NCBI GenBank assembly: GCA_965208625.1
Contig: OZ242348.1
Coordinates: 465,948-529,947 of the forward strand
Source: Dehalococcoidia bacterium
Lineage (GTDB): Bacteria > Chloroflexota > Dehalococcoidia > Lucifugimonadales > Australimonadaceae
Direction: 5' to 3'
DNA length: 64,000 bases
A model generated the notes under the pieces. It had not been told where the DNA came from and did not search any database. It saw only the letters and a list, made by a program, of their open reading frames with translations. Both the position numbers and the translations under genes were made by a program. Positions 38,284-47,275 of the stretch are shown in pieces (the first letter of the stretch is position 1; each line of letters starts with the position of its first letter).

Positions 38284-39699
38284 CTACCGGGGCCTGCTCT
38301 GCTGCAGGGGGTCGTCTTCAGGACGAGTCACATCCTCGGCTGGCCTGTCCTGAACCTCGGGCGCAGGTTCTTCGGCCTCGGCTGCGGGGACATGGTCAGG
38401 AGCAGGCGCTTGCTCTGGCTCCTCTTCCTGCTCGGGAGGAAGGTACGGCTCCAGGGGTTCCTCGGGAGCGAACTCCTCGGTTGCGGCCTGGGTGGCCTCC
38501 AGCTCGGCGAGCGCTTCCGCCGCCGCCATCGCTTCCAGTGCAGCCAGCGCCTCTTCTTCCGCTATTGCCCTCGATTCGGCTTCCCTCGTGGACGCTTCCC
38601 TGTTCTCCAGGATGCGGCGTTGCTCCTCCGTCTCCCGCCGTGTCCGGATGACCATTCCGTAGTGCACGGCCAGCGTGTAGACGACGCCCATGGTCGGCAC
38701 GCCGAGGAGCGCTCCCGTAATCCCGGCGAGCCGCGCGCCGAGCACCACCGCGACGACGACGAGCATGGCGGGCATCCGCACAGCGCTCCCCAGGATGCGG
38801 GGGCTGAGGATGTTGAGCATGACCTGCTGGATGAACAGCAACACCAGTAGCACCGTAATCAGGTCCGTGAAGTCTCCCCAGACGGCGGCGATGATGAGCG
38901 GCAGCGCGAGCGCGAGCCAGTCCCCGATGAACGGGACCGCGAGGAGCAGGCTGGAGACGAGTGCCGTGGGAAGCGCGGCGGGCAGGCCGGTATACAGCAT
39001 GACCGAGGCCGTGCCGACACCGTAGATGAGGGAGATGAGCATCATGCCGCGAAGGTAGCTGCGGAACGTCTCGTCGATGACTCCCAGTACGTACCGGGTC
39101 TCGCGCTCGGCGTTACGGGGCAGGACCTTGAGCGCCTCGTTGAGGCGGCGTCCGCCATCCAGCACGACGTAGAAGGAGATGACGATGATCAGCGAGATGG
39201 CGAAGACAACGGCGACGACGTTCCCCAGGAGCCCGATGGCGTTGCTCGTGATGCTCTCCTGGACGTTTGCGGCGATGCTGTCCAACTGATCGACCTGGAG
39301 CAGTGTCGTGAGGTCAATCTGTATCTGGAACCTCGCGAGATAATTCTCGGCAGCCGTGATGAACTCGGGGATGCGGTCTACCAGGTCCGGTATTTCCTCT
39401 GCCAGGGTGATGGTCTGCGTGATGGTGGCAGGAATCACCAGCGCGCCGAGGACCGCCACGATGGAGATGAGGAAGAGATAGACGATAAGGATGGCCAGGG
39501 GCCACTTCATGCCCGGTACGCGCATGAGTGGCTTGACGGTGTGGATGATGAGCGACCCGACGAGGTAGGCCAGGAAGAGGACGAGGATCAGGTCGCCGAG
39601 GAAGTCCCAGACCCGCCGCATGGTGTCGACGACGAAGATGATCGCGCTGAACGCGATGACGACGATAGCGGTCCTGAACCAGAAGTTGCGCTCTAGCAT
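38284..39699 (-). CDS. AI-2E (PerM/UPF0118) family transporter with a ~110-aa acidic C-terminal tail
   Basis: Eight hydrophobic segments, conserved ... PFIGDWLA ... region, E/A/P-rich tail. Confidence 0.7.
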   Translation of the reverse strand: MLERNFWFRTAIVVIAFSAIIFVVDTMRRVWDFLGDLILVLFLAYLVGSLIIHTVKPLMRVPGMKWPLAILIVYLFLISIVAVLGALVIPATITQTITLAEEIPDLVDRIPEFITAAENYLARFQIQIDLTTLLQVDQLDSIAANVQESITSNAIGLLGNVVAVVFAISLIIVISFYVVLDGGRRLNEALKVLPRNAERETRYVLGVIDETFRSYLRGMMLISLIYGVGTASVMLYTGLPAALPTALVSSLLLAVPFIGDWLALALPLIIAAVWGDFTDLITVLLVLLFIQQVMLNILSPRILGSAVRMPAMLVVVAVVLGARLAGITGALLGVPTMGVVYTLAVHYGMVIRTRRETEEQRRILENREASTREAESRAIAEEEALAALEAMAAAEALAELEATQAATEEFAPEEPLEPYLPPEQEEEPEQAPAPDHVPAAEAEEPAPEVQDRPAEDVTRPEDDPLQQSRPR

Positions 39700-39778
39700 C
39701 TCAGCCCGGCGGCATTCTAACTGTTCCGGGGCGTTGGTGAAACGCGGGACCCTTAATGCGGATCAAGCCGAGGGCCTG

Positions 39779-41824
39779 TCAGGGAGTGCCGGCGAGTTGC
39801 AGTGCGAGTGTTGCCGGGTCGTGGGCGGGCAGATCGCAGACGTAGCCGTGGCAGACGTAAGCGGTGGGCGCAGCCGCGCCCGCGCGTCCCTCAAGCAGCG
39901 GCGTGAGGAACGGCGACACCTCGTTGGGGGCCAGCCCCACGAATGCGAATGATGGCAGCCGCTCCCGCAGCGGCGCCAGCAGCGAGCGAGCGCCCTCGCC
40001 GGACGGGTCTCCGGTGACGACGACCTCCGTAGGCGGCGCGAGGTAACGGTCGATGATCCGCAGCCAGTTCCCGAACCCCAGTGGATAGCGCGCCGCGAGC
40101 GGTGCAATGCCCCGTATGAGGCGCTCCGCCTTCTGTGTGAGCGACTCGTCACCCGCAAGTACGGCCATGCGCAGCAGCGCCTCGGCGGCTGCCGAACTGC
40201 CGCACGGCGTAGCGTTGTCCGTGATGTCGCGCGGGCGCACGATCAGCTCCTCGTGGTCGGAGCCCACGTCGTAGAACACGCCTTCGTTGTCGTCCCAGAA
40301 GAGTGCCAGCATCTCGCCCGTCAGCGCCTCCGCCTCGTGGAGCCAGCGGTGCGAGAACGTCGCGGTGTGCAGCGACAGCAGCCCGTTGATGAGCAGCGCG
40401 TAGTCTTCCAGGTAGGCGAGCAGGTGCGCCTTGCCGTCCTTCCACGTGCGGAGCAGCCGTCCGTCACGGCGCATCTCGCGCAGCAGGAAATCGGCGTTGC
40501 GTTCCGCGGCCTCGCGAAGGTCCACCCGGTCGAGCGCGAATGCCGCCTCAGCGAACGCGCGCAGCGCGAGGCCGTTCCACGCGGTCAGCACCTTGTCGTC
40601 GGTCGCCGGCGGTATGCGCTCCGCCCGCCGTTCCAGGAGCGCGCGGCGCATCGGCCGCAGATGTTCGAGCAGCTCAGCCGCGTCGACACCCAACTCGCGT
40701 CCGGCTGCTGCCGCGCTGTCGCGCACGTGCAGGATGTGGCGACCCTCGAAGTTCGGGTGCACGCCTACGCCGTAGTAACGGCGGAACAGATGAGCGTCCT
40801 CCGCGCCGAGCACCGCCTCGAGCTCCTGCGGCGTCCAGACGTAGAACTTGCCCTCGACTCCCTCGCTGTCAGCGTCCTGCGACGAGAAGAAGCCGCCGTC
40901 CGGGTGGCACAGGTCGCGCAGCAGGTACGCGACCGTCTCCTCGACGACCTCCCGGTAGCGCGGGTTCCCCGTCGCCTGGAACGCCTGCGTGTACAACGAG
41001 ACGAGGAGCGCGTTGTCGTACAGCATCTTCTCGAAGTGCGGCACCAGCCAGAAGCGGTCCGTAGAATAGCGCGCGAAGCCGCCGCCGAGGTGATCGTAGA
41101 TGCCGCCGTTGTGCATCGCCGCGAGCGACGCCTCGACCGTTTCGAGGGCGTCCGCGTCCTGTGCCCGCGCGTTGCGGGCGAGCAGGAACTCCATCGGCAT
41201 CGACTGCGGGAACTTGGGCGCTCCGCCGAAGCCGCCGTGCTCCGCGTCGTGCAGCGCGACGACTCCCGCGCTCGCCTCCGCAAGCAGCGCGTCGCTCACG
41301 TCCTCGTCAGCCATCGCGATGCCGGACGCGTTCCGCAATGCGTCGGTGAGAACGCGCGCGTTCTCCAGCACGGCGTCGCGGTTGTTGCGGTAGGCGTCGT
41401 TGACCGCCGCGACAACCCGCGTCCAGGACGGCATGTTGCTGCGGTCCAGGGGAGGGAAGTACGTGCCGCCGTAGAAGGGACGCCCGTTCGGCAGGAGGAA
41501 GACGTTGAGCGGCCAGCCGCCGTGCCCGTGCAACTGCTGCACGGCGCTCATGTAGATGCCGTCCACGTCCGGCCGTTCCTCACGGTCGACCTTGATGGCG
41601 ACGAGGAGGTCGTTCATCACCTGCGCGGTCGCCTCGTTCTCGAACGACTCGCGCTCCATGACGTGGCACCAGTGGCACGCCGCGTAGCCGATGGAGACCA
41701 GCACCACCTTGTCCTCGACCTTCGCCCGCTCGAACGCCTCCTCGCCCCACGGGTACCAGTCGACGGGGTTGTGCGCGTGCTGCAGCAGGTAAGGGGAGGT
41801 CTCGTTGATGAGCCGGTTAGGCAT
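39779..41824 (-). CDS. YyaL/DUF255 thioredoxin-domain protein fused to an (alpha/alpha)6 N-acylglucosamine-epimerase-like domain
   Basis: [29 protein letters not shown] ... [16 protein letters not shown]. Start trimmed to ATG 41824, which overlaps the stop of the upstream gene by 8 nt. Confidence 0.85.
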   Translation of the reverse strand: MPNRLINETSPYLLQHAHNPVDWYPWGEEAFERAKVEDKVVLVSIGYAACHWCHVMERESFENEATAQVMNDLLVAIKVDREERPDVDGIYMSAVQQLHGHGGWPLNVFLLPNGRPFYGGTYFPPLDRSNMPSWTRVVAAVNDAYRNNRDAVLENARVLTDALRNASGIAMADEDVSDALLAEASAGVVALHDAEHGGFGGAPKFPQSMPMEFLLARNARAQDADALETVEASLAAMHNGGIYDHLGGGFARYSTDRFWLVPHFEKMLYDNALLVSLYTQAFQATGNPRYREVVEETVAYLLRDLCHPDGGFFSSQDADSEGVEGKFYVWTPQELEAVLGAEDAHLFRRYYGVGVHPNFEGRHILHVRDSAAAAGRELGVDAAELLEHLRPMRRALLERRAERIPPATDDKVLTAWNGLALRAFAEAAFALDRVDLREAAERNADFLLREMRRDGRLLRTWKDGKAHLLAYLEDYALLINGLLSLHTATFSHRWLHEAEALTGEMLALFWDDNEGVFYDVGSDHEELIVRPRDITDNATPCGSSAAAEALLRMAVLAGDESLTQKAERLIRGIAPLAARYPLGFGNWLRIIDRYLAPPTEVVVTGDPSGEGARSLLAPLRERLPSFAFVGLAPNEVSPFLTPLLEGRAGAAAPTAYVCHGYVCDLPAHDPATLALQLAGTP

Positions 41825-42155
41825 GGCGCATGGCCGGGGCCTTGAGCACCCAGGATTCGGGCCCGTTCTCAACCAGCGTCCGCCCATGCGCGCGGGCGAT
41901 GGCCTCGTGAACGCGAGAGGCGGGGCAGGGCATGTTTGAGAACCTGATCTCCCTGTCACCAGCCTTGTCCTCGGTGCACACGAGGATCTGGTCGATAGCG
42001 GATGGGGAGACTGCCCCTATCCGGGCGAAATCGAATTCAATGGGGGTGCCGTCTTCCGCGATCTGATCGAGGACCACTGGAATCACGGCTTCGACAGAGG
42101 CTCGCGCGGTGAGCACCCGCTTGTCGATATGTTCCGCCATTACCACGTGCGTCAT
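41817..42155 (-). CDS. Small STAS-like protein (DUF4325-like)
   Basis: 112 aa from ATG 42155 (GAGG 6 nt upstream): ... [24 protein letters not shown] ... Lies 7 nt downstream of the GHKL gene. Confidence 0.55.
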   Translation of the reverse strand: MTHVVMAEHIDKRVLTARASVEAVIPVVLDQIAEDGTPIEFDFARIGAVSPSAIDQILVCTEDKAGDREIRFSNMPCPASRVHEAIARAHGRTLVENGPESWVLKAPAMRHA

Positions 42156-42162
42156 GGGAGCC

Positions 42163-43038
42163 TCACAGGGATATTCTTGCACCGGCCAGCGTACCGGGAA
42201 ACAGGACGGGGCATTGTCGTGCAACTGGATCGCTATCTTCTTTCTCAAGATGCATTATGCCTGTTCCTGAGTGGATTATGAATGCGTTACCCGGGGGACG
42301 CATGTCCTCTGCGATGCCAAAGAGGCCCAACCCCCTGTGAGACGATCCTGTGCCTGTCACCAGCTCCTTCAGAGCTTCTTCGATTGCCGTCCAGTCATAT
42401 CTCGGTTTGAGGGCGGGATTGCGAGCGAGGGATGCTCGGATGCCCATTCCTGCGTCTGCAACAACACACCAGAACTGCGTTCCTCCCCCAGCGGGGGCAT
42501 AGCGTTGCACCATGCCGAACGCCCCCACTGGCGAAGCGGCATGCTCGGCGGCATTGTTCCCAAGCTCGGCGAATGTGTTGGCTATCAGGGCGCTCAGATT
42601 CCCTGCTACCGGCTTGTCTGCACTGAGACGGTCGAGCGCCTCGTCTGCCAGTTGTTCAACCCCGGATACGTCACTGAACCTCTGCAAGGGGACTAGAGTC
42701 TGTGAATCCTTGCCGGTCCCCAAACCTCTTGTATCGATCGTTACCTGAACCTCCTCGAGCATGGAGAAAAGCCCCAACGTCATGAGATAGGCAGCAACGC
42801 CAGAGTGCTCGGGCACCAGCAGTTCACAGTCGATCCCCTTCCACCGCACGAGCGACGCATACACTACGCACCACAGCGCCGCGGGAGGGTCGATGACCGC
42901 ACAACCGCGCAGGTCGATGACTACGCCATCCGGCGCGAAGTCATCCCGCCTCGGGTCCTGGTAGCGCCTGGCGAACCGTGAGGCTAGACGGGCGGGGGCA
43001 TCGAAGTCTCGCGGCGCTCGTATCTCCAGCATCGCCAC
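42163..43038 (-). CDS. STAS-like N-terminal domain fused to a GHKL (SpoIIAB/RsbW-like) ATPase/kinase domain
   Basis: VIDLRGCAVIDPPAALWCVVYASL (STAS-like). FAELGNNAAEHA (N box), VADAGMGI (G1) and HRGLGLFG (G2). Confidence 0.6.
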   Translation of the reverse strand: MAMLEIRAPRDFDAPARLASRFARRYQDPRRDDFAPDGVVIDLRGCAVIDPPAALWCVVYASLVRWKGIDCELLVPEHSGVAAYLMTLGLFSMLEEVQVTIDTRGLGTGKDSQTLVPLQRFSDVSGVEQLADEALDRLSADKPVAGNLSALIANTFAELGNNAAEHAASPVGAFGMVQRYAPAGGGTQFWCVVADAGMGIRASLARNPALKPRYDWTAIEEALKELVTGTGSSHRGLGLFGIAEDMRPPGNAFIIHSGTGIMHLEKEDSDPVARQCPVLFPGTLAGARISL

Positions 43039-43042
43039 GTCC

Positions 43043-43669
43043 CTACACCATCGCCAGCAGCGCCATGACCGCCGCCGAGGCGAGCGGGACCGTCAGGTTG
43101 TCGTCGACCGGGACCGGCGCAAACTCCGTGAGCGCAGCCGCGACCGCGCCTGGCACGACCCACCAGGCGAGCGGAACGTCCGGGTGGAGCGTTGCGAGCA
43201 GCCCCGCGCCCAGCGCCACGACTGCGAAAGCAATGGTCCCCGCGAGCGACTTCCCGAATCGCCGCGTGCGGTGGTCGCGAACGCCGATGAGCGCCGCGAA
43301 CGGGTCGCCCACCGACAGGAAGAGGAGCGCCAGCACCGCGATCTCCTTGTCGAACACGAAGACGAGGAACGTGGCCGCGAGCCACATGTACGTCGCGCCC
43401 GTCACCTGGCGGTCCTCGGCTGCCTTGAAGAACGGCAGCGTACGCACCATCCAGTCGTTGACCCCGCCCACGAGCCCGCGCAGCACCTCCAGCGCCACTG
43501 CGCCGAGACTCCCCGCGATGAGCAGCCACTCCGCCAGGTCGAGGGGAAGGAAGAGGATAGCGAGGGGAAGGCATGACCCCGCCACGAGGTGGAAGACGCG
43601 GCGCGGCCAGAGCGTGGGCGCGACCGGCGGCTCGTACAGGAACTCTGCAACCGGCTCGGGGAGCTTCAT
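43043..43669 (-). CDS. CTP-dependent polyprenol/phytol/dolichol kinase family membrane protein (CdsA superfamily)
   Basis: 6 TM, with SVGDPFAALIG ... FGKSLAGTIAF motif. Confidence 0.6.
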   Translation of the reverse strand: MKLPEPVAEFLYEPPVAPTLWPRRVFHLVAGSCLPLAILFLPLDLAEWLLIAGSLGAVALEVLRGLVGGVNDWMVRTLPFFKAAEDRQVTGATYMWLAATFLVFVFDKEIAVLALLFLSVGDPFAALIGVRDHRTRRFGKSLAGTIAFAVVALGAGLLATLHPDVPLAWWVVPGAVAAALTEFAPVPVDDNLTVPLASAAVMALLAMV

Positions 43670-43675
43670 GGCCTC

Positions 43676-44863
43676 CTACCGGGACGCCGCCTTCGACAGC
43701 GCGCGCAGCTTCGGCACGAGGTGCGCCATCGTCTCGACAACGTAGTCGACTTCCTCCGCCGTATTCTCCGGCCCGAGTGTGAACCGCACGCAACTCCGCG
43801 CCAGTTCGTTCGAGTGCCCGAGCGCCAGCAGGACGTGCGACGGCTCCAGCGACCCCGCCGTGCACGCGCTGCCGCTCGATGCCGCGACGCCCGCGAGGTC
43901 GAGCCCCATCAGCAGCGGCTCCGCCTCGACGCCGTGGAACGAGACGTTCACGTTGCCCGGCAGCCGTACGTCCGTGTCGCCGTTCACCTCGACGCGGTCC
44001 ACGCGCTCGAGGATGCCGCTCAGCAGGCGGTCGCGCAGCGCGGCGCACGCTGCGGCGTTCTGCTCGCGCTCGCGTTCCGCGCGCTCCAGCGCGACGCTCA
44101 TCCCGACGATGCCCGCCGTGTTCTCGGTGCCCGCGCGGCGTTCGCGCTCCTGCGCGCCGCCCACCTGCGTCGGCGCGAACGGCGTGCCGCGACGGACGTA
44201 CAGCAGCCCGACGCCCTTCGGCCCCCCGAACTTGTGCGCCGAGAGCGACAGTAGATCGACGCCGAGGTCGTCGACCCTGACCGGCGCGGCGCCCGCCGCC
44301 TGCACCGCGTCCGTGTGCACGGCGATGGCCCGCCGCTCCGACGCCGCGCGCTCCTTGACGAGCCGCGCTATCTCCGCGACGGGCTGCAGCGTGCCGATCT
44401 CGTTGTTCGCCAGCATAACGCTCACGACAGCCGTATCCGGCCTGACGGCGGCCGCGACGTCCTCCGGACGCACGATGCCGTCGCGGCCCGGTGAGACGTA
44501 CGTCGCCTCCCAGCCGAGGCTCTCGACCAGCTCGACGGCGTGCAGCACCGCGTGGTGCTCGATGGACGTGGTCACGACGTGCCGCCCACGCTCCTTGAGC
44601 GCGAGGGCAGGGCCCATGATGCCCGCGTTGTCGGACTCCGTGCCGCCGCTCGTGAAGACGATCTCCCCCGCCCGTGTCCCCAGCACCCGCGCGCACCGCT
44701 CCCGCGCCTCATCGAGCGCCTGCCGCGCCTCCTGTGCGAGCGCGTAGATGCTGGACGGATTGCCGTACCGCTCCGTGAAGAACGGACGCATCGCCTCCGC
44801 CACCTCCGGCAGCACCGGAGTGGTGGCCGCGTGGTCCATGTAGACCGTCTGCTCAGGCGTCAT
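43676..44863 (-). CDS. Cysteine desulfurase (NifS/IscS class V aminotransferase)
   Basis: SLSAHKFGGPKGVG (PLP lysine) and SSGSACTAGSLEPSHV (catalytic Cys loop). Confidence 0.9.
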   Translation of the reverse strand: MTPEQTVYMDHAATTPVLPEVAEAMRPFFTERYGNPSSIYALAQEARQALDEARERCARVLGTRAGEIVFTSGGTESDNAGIMGPALALKERGRHVVTTSIEHHAVLHAVELVESLGWEATYVSPGRDGIVRPEDVAAAVRPDTAVVSVMLANNEIGTLQPVAEIARLVKERAASERRAIAVHTDAVQAAGAAPVRVDDLGVDLLSLSAHKFGGPKGVGLLYVRRGTPFAPTQVGGAQERERRAGTENTAGIVGMSVALERAEREREQNAAACAALRDRLLSGILERVDRVEVNGDTDVRLPGNVNVSFHGVEAEPLLMGLDLAGVAASSGSACTAGSLEPSHVLLALGHSNELARSCVRFTLGPENTAEEVDYVVETMAHLVPKLRALSKAASR

Positions 44864-44930
44864 CGCGTTATGCTCCGCTCATCCCGTCGCCGTCCAGCAT
44901 ACCCCTTTCCCTGTCATCCTCGCCCTCGGG

Positions 44931-45028
44931 TGTAGGGGCTCCCCTTGTGGGTGCCCTGTTCGGTCCCCTCTCCCTCGAGGGGTGAGGGTTAGTGCGTGGT
45001 GTAGGGGTGGTTCGCGAACCGCCCCTAC
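44931..45028. repeat. Cluster of three REP-like hairpins (families A, D, E)
   Basis: A: TGTAGGGGCTCCCCTTGTGGGTGCCCTG (44931..58). D: CCCCTCTCCCTCGAGGGGTGAGGGTTAG (44965..92). E: GTAGGGGTGGTTCGCGAACCGCCCCTAC (45001..28). Confidence 0.7.
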
Positions 45029-45051
45029 GTTTGCCGACCCTTGCGTTGGTC

Positions 45052-45945
45052 CTACCCCGCCGACGCGTACCCGAACAGCTTGTAAACCAGCTTCGCCGCC
45101 GTGTACGCGCACGCCTCAGGCCCCTCGTCCGGCGCGAGCTCGACCACGTCGAAGCCCACGATGCGCCGACGCTCACCGACGGCGCGCAGGATGCGCAGCG
45201 CCTCCCACCACCCCATGCCCCCCGGCTCCGGCGTCCCAACCGCCGCCATGAACGACGGATCGAACGCGTCGAGATCGAACGAGACGTAGACGTCCTCGCC
45301 GAGCGTGTCGACGATGCCGTCGACGTCCGTTATTGCCTCCGCGCCGCGCGGAAAGACCGGGACGCCGCACTCCTGCGCGAACGCGGCTTCCTCGCCGGTC
45401 ATGCTGCGCACGCCGACGAGCGTGAGGCTCGACGCGTGGTCGAGCACGCGCCGAGCCGCGCAGGCGTGGCTGTGCGACCAGCCCTGGTAGTCGTCCCGAA
45501 GGTCGGCCTGCGCGTCGAAGATGAGCACGCTCAGGCCGGGGTGCCGCTCCGCGTGCGCGGCGACTGCCCCCGACGTGACCGAGTGCTCGCCCCCGAGCAT
45601 CCCCACGAGCTTGCCCTGGCCTGCGTAGTAGGACACCGCCTCCCGCACGCGCCCCGCCATCGCCTCCGGCCCCCCGTTGGATTCGAGAGCGGGCGGGGCT
45701 TCGAGCACCGGCGCCGTGTGGATGCCGACTGCGCACGGCTCGCAGCCGAGCTCGACGTCGTAGTCCTCCATCTCGGCGGACGCACGGATGATGGCCTCCG
45801 GCCCGCCCCGCGTCCCCTTGCGGTAGCTCGTCGTCTCCTCGTACGGAACGGGCAGCACGACGCACCGCGAGCGCTCGAGCGAGTGCTCGTCCGGGTCGAG
45901 TATCAGGAACGTGTCGGGGAGGGTGGGCTGCTCGGCATTACTCAT
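45052..45945 (-). CDS. speB: Agmatinase / ureohydrolase family protein (with DAQAD in place of the canonical DAHxD)
   Basis: GGEHSVT, FDAQADL, SFDLDAFDPSFMAAVGTPEPGG and DVVEL. Start trimmed to ATG 45945. Confidence 0.75.
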   Translation of the reverse strand: MSNAEQPTLPDTFLILDPDEHSLERSRCVVLPVPYEETTSYRKGTRGGPEAIIRASAEMEDYDVELGCEPCAVGIHTAPVLEAPPALESNGGPEAMAGRVREAVSYYAGQGKLVGMLGGEHSVTSGAVAAHAERHPGLSVLIFDAQADLRDDYQGWSHSHACAARRVLDHASSLTLVGVRSMTGEEAAFAQECGVPVFPRGAEAITDVDGIVDTLGEDVYVSFDLDAFDPSFMAAVGTPEPGGMGWWEALRILRAVGERRRIVGFDVVELAPDEGPEACAYTAAKLVYKLFGYASAG

Positions 45946-45983
45946 TCCGCTCACCCTGAGCCTGTCGAAGGGTCGAAGGGCTC

Positions 45984-46397
45984 TTAAACGCGCTGGCGGA
46001 CGGTCTCCCGCTCTTCTTCGACCACCGTCTTGGCCGTCGCGGGGTCGAGGTGCTCCAGCCCCCGGTCCAGCACCCAGTGCCGGATGTCGTCCATGGAGAA
46101 GAAGCCGCACACCTCGGCCATCGCCTCGTCGGCGTCGAACTCTTTGCACGAGAAGACGTCGATGTTGACGTAGCCCCGGTCCGGGAACGTGTGCACGCTG
46201 ATGTGGCTCTCCGCGATGATGACGAACCCGGAGACGCCCCAGTCCTCCTCCGTCGGCCCGTGGTAGGTGTAGACGGCGGGCGGCGTGATCTTGGTCATGC
46301 TGATGCGGTCCGGGAACTCGTCCAGGAACCGCCGCACGCGCTCTGCGTCCGAGATCTCCGCGGCGTCGCAGCCGTGTCCATCGATCACGAGGTGCAT
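45984..46397 (-). CDS. speH: S-adenosylmethionine decarboxylase proenzyme (small, SpeH type)
   Basis: FVIIAESHISVHTFPD self-processing site. 137 aa from ATG 46397 (AGGAGAG upstream). The long N-terminal extension in the ORF track runs through repeats. Confidence 0.85.
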   Translation of the reverse strand: MHLVIDGHGCDAAEISDAERVRRFLDEFPDRISMTKITPPAVYTYHGPTEEDWGVSGFVIIAESHISVHTFPDRGYVNIDVFSCKEFDADEAMAEVCGFFSMDDIRHWVLDRGLEHLDPATAKTVVEEERETVRQRV

Positions 46398-46491
46398 GGG
46401 GGATTCTCTCCTGGCACAATAACAGCGCCCCGCTCTCGGGACGCCGCGCCTCAGCATAGCACGACGCCTGCGCCCCTCACAACCGCGCCCC

Positions 46492-47262
46492 GCCTGGTGT
46501 AGGGGCGTCCCTTGTGGGCGCCCACGCGTCGTTCCTGTGAAAATAGGCGTTCGTCGTTCCTGCGGAGGCAGGAACCCCGCCTGGTGTAGGGGCATCCCTT
46601 GTGGGTGCCCTGCGCCCCGCCAATGCCGCGCCCGCCGAACCACGCCCCCTCCCTCCGTCATTCCCGCACAGGCGGGAATCCAGCGTGCGCGGGCAGCGCA
46701 CACGGGGCGGAGGTGGAAGGGTGGGGCGCATCTGCCGTCTACTGTGTTACTCGGTTGGCAAGAAAGGGTGAGCGTGACCTGTCGCCTCCTCATTTTCATT
46801 TCTTTACACGGCCTGACAAAGCCCCGAGGCATTCCTGCGGAGGCTCGCGCTTTAGCGCGCAACCTCGCAGCCCTTGCCTGGTGTAGGGGCGCCCCTTGTG
46901 GGCGTCCACCGTCGTTCCTGTGAAAATAGGCGTTCGTCGTTCCTGCGGAGGCAGGAACCCCGCCTGGTGTAGGGGCATCCCTTGTGGGTGCCCTGCGCCC
47001 CGCCAATGCCGCGCCCGCCGAACCACGCCCCTTCCCTCCTTCATTCCCGCACAGGCGGGAATCCACGGTGGTGTAGGGGCAGGTTTCAAACCTGCCCCTA
47101 CCGGGGGCGGGGACGGGGGTGCGCCGCAAGCACTGGCGGGGCGCGTCCTGCCGTCTACTGCGTTACTCGGCTGGCAGGCACTGGCGAGCGTGGCCTGCCG
47201 CCTCCCCCCCTTTTCATCTCCTTACACGGCCTGACAAGGCCCCGAGGCATTCCTGCGGAGGC
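46492..47262. repeat. Two-copy tandem duplication (~384 bp and ~387 bp) built from concatenated REP-like hairpins
   Basis: Copy 1 starts GCCTGGTGTAGGGGCGTCCCTTGTGGGCGCCCA at 46492 and copy 2 starts at 46876. Both contain TTCCTGTGAAAATAGGCGTTCGTCGTTCCTGCGGAGGCAGGAACCCCGCCTGGTGTAGGGGCATCCCTTGTGGGTGCCCTGCGCCCCGCCAATGCCGCGCCCGCCGAACCACGCCCC ... TCATTCCCGCACAGGCGGGAATCCA ... CTGCCGTCTACTG ... CATTCCTGCGGAGGC. Copy 2 carries an extra palindrome, GTAGGGGCAGGTTTCAAACCTGCCCCTAC (47071..47099). Confidence 0.85.
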
Positions 47263-47275
47263 CCGCCACGCCCCC

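Noticed and set aside
45984-47129. 381-aa version of the speH ORF and 455-aa version of the speB ORF (45052..46419)
   Set aside because: The N-terminal extensions run through REP-like repeats or through the neighbouring gene, and they are Arg/Gly/Pro-rich. Internal ATGs at 46397 and 45945 give products of canonical length, and 46397 has a clear RBS.
46492-47262. Possible CRISPR array, given the repeated GC-rich palindromes here and at 54821..55065
   Set aside because: There is no regular repeat-spacer periodicity and no unique spacers. The structure is a two-copy ~384-bp tandem duplication of mixed hairpin types, and no cas genes are present in the window.
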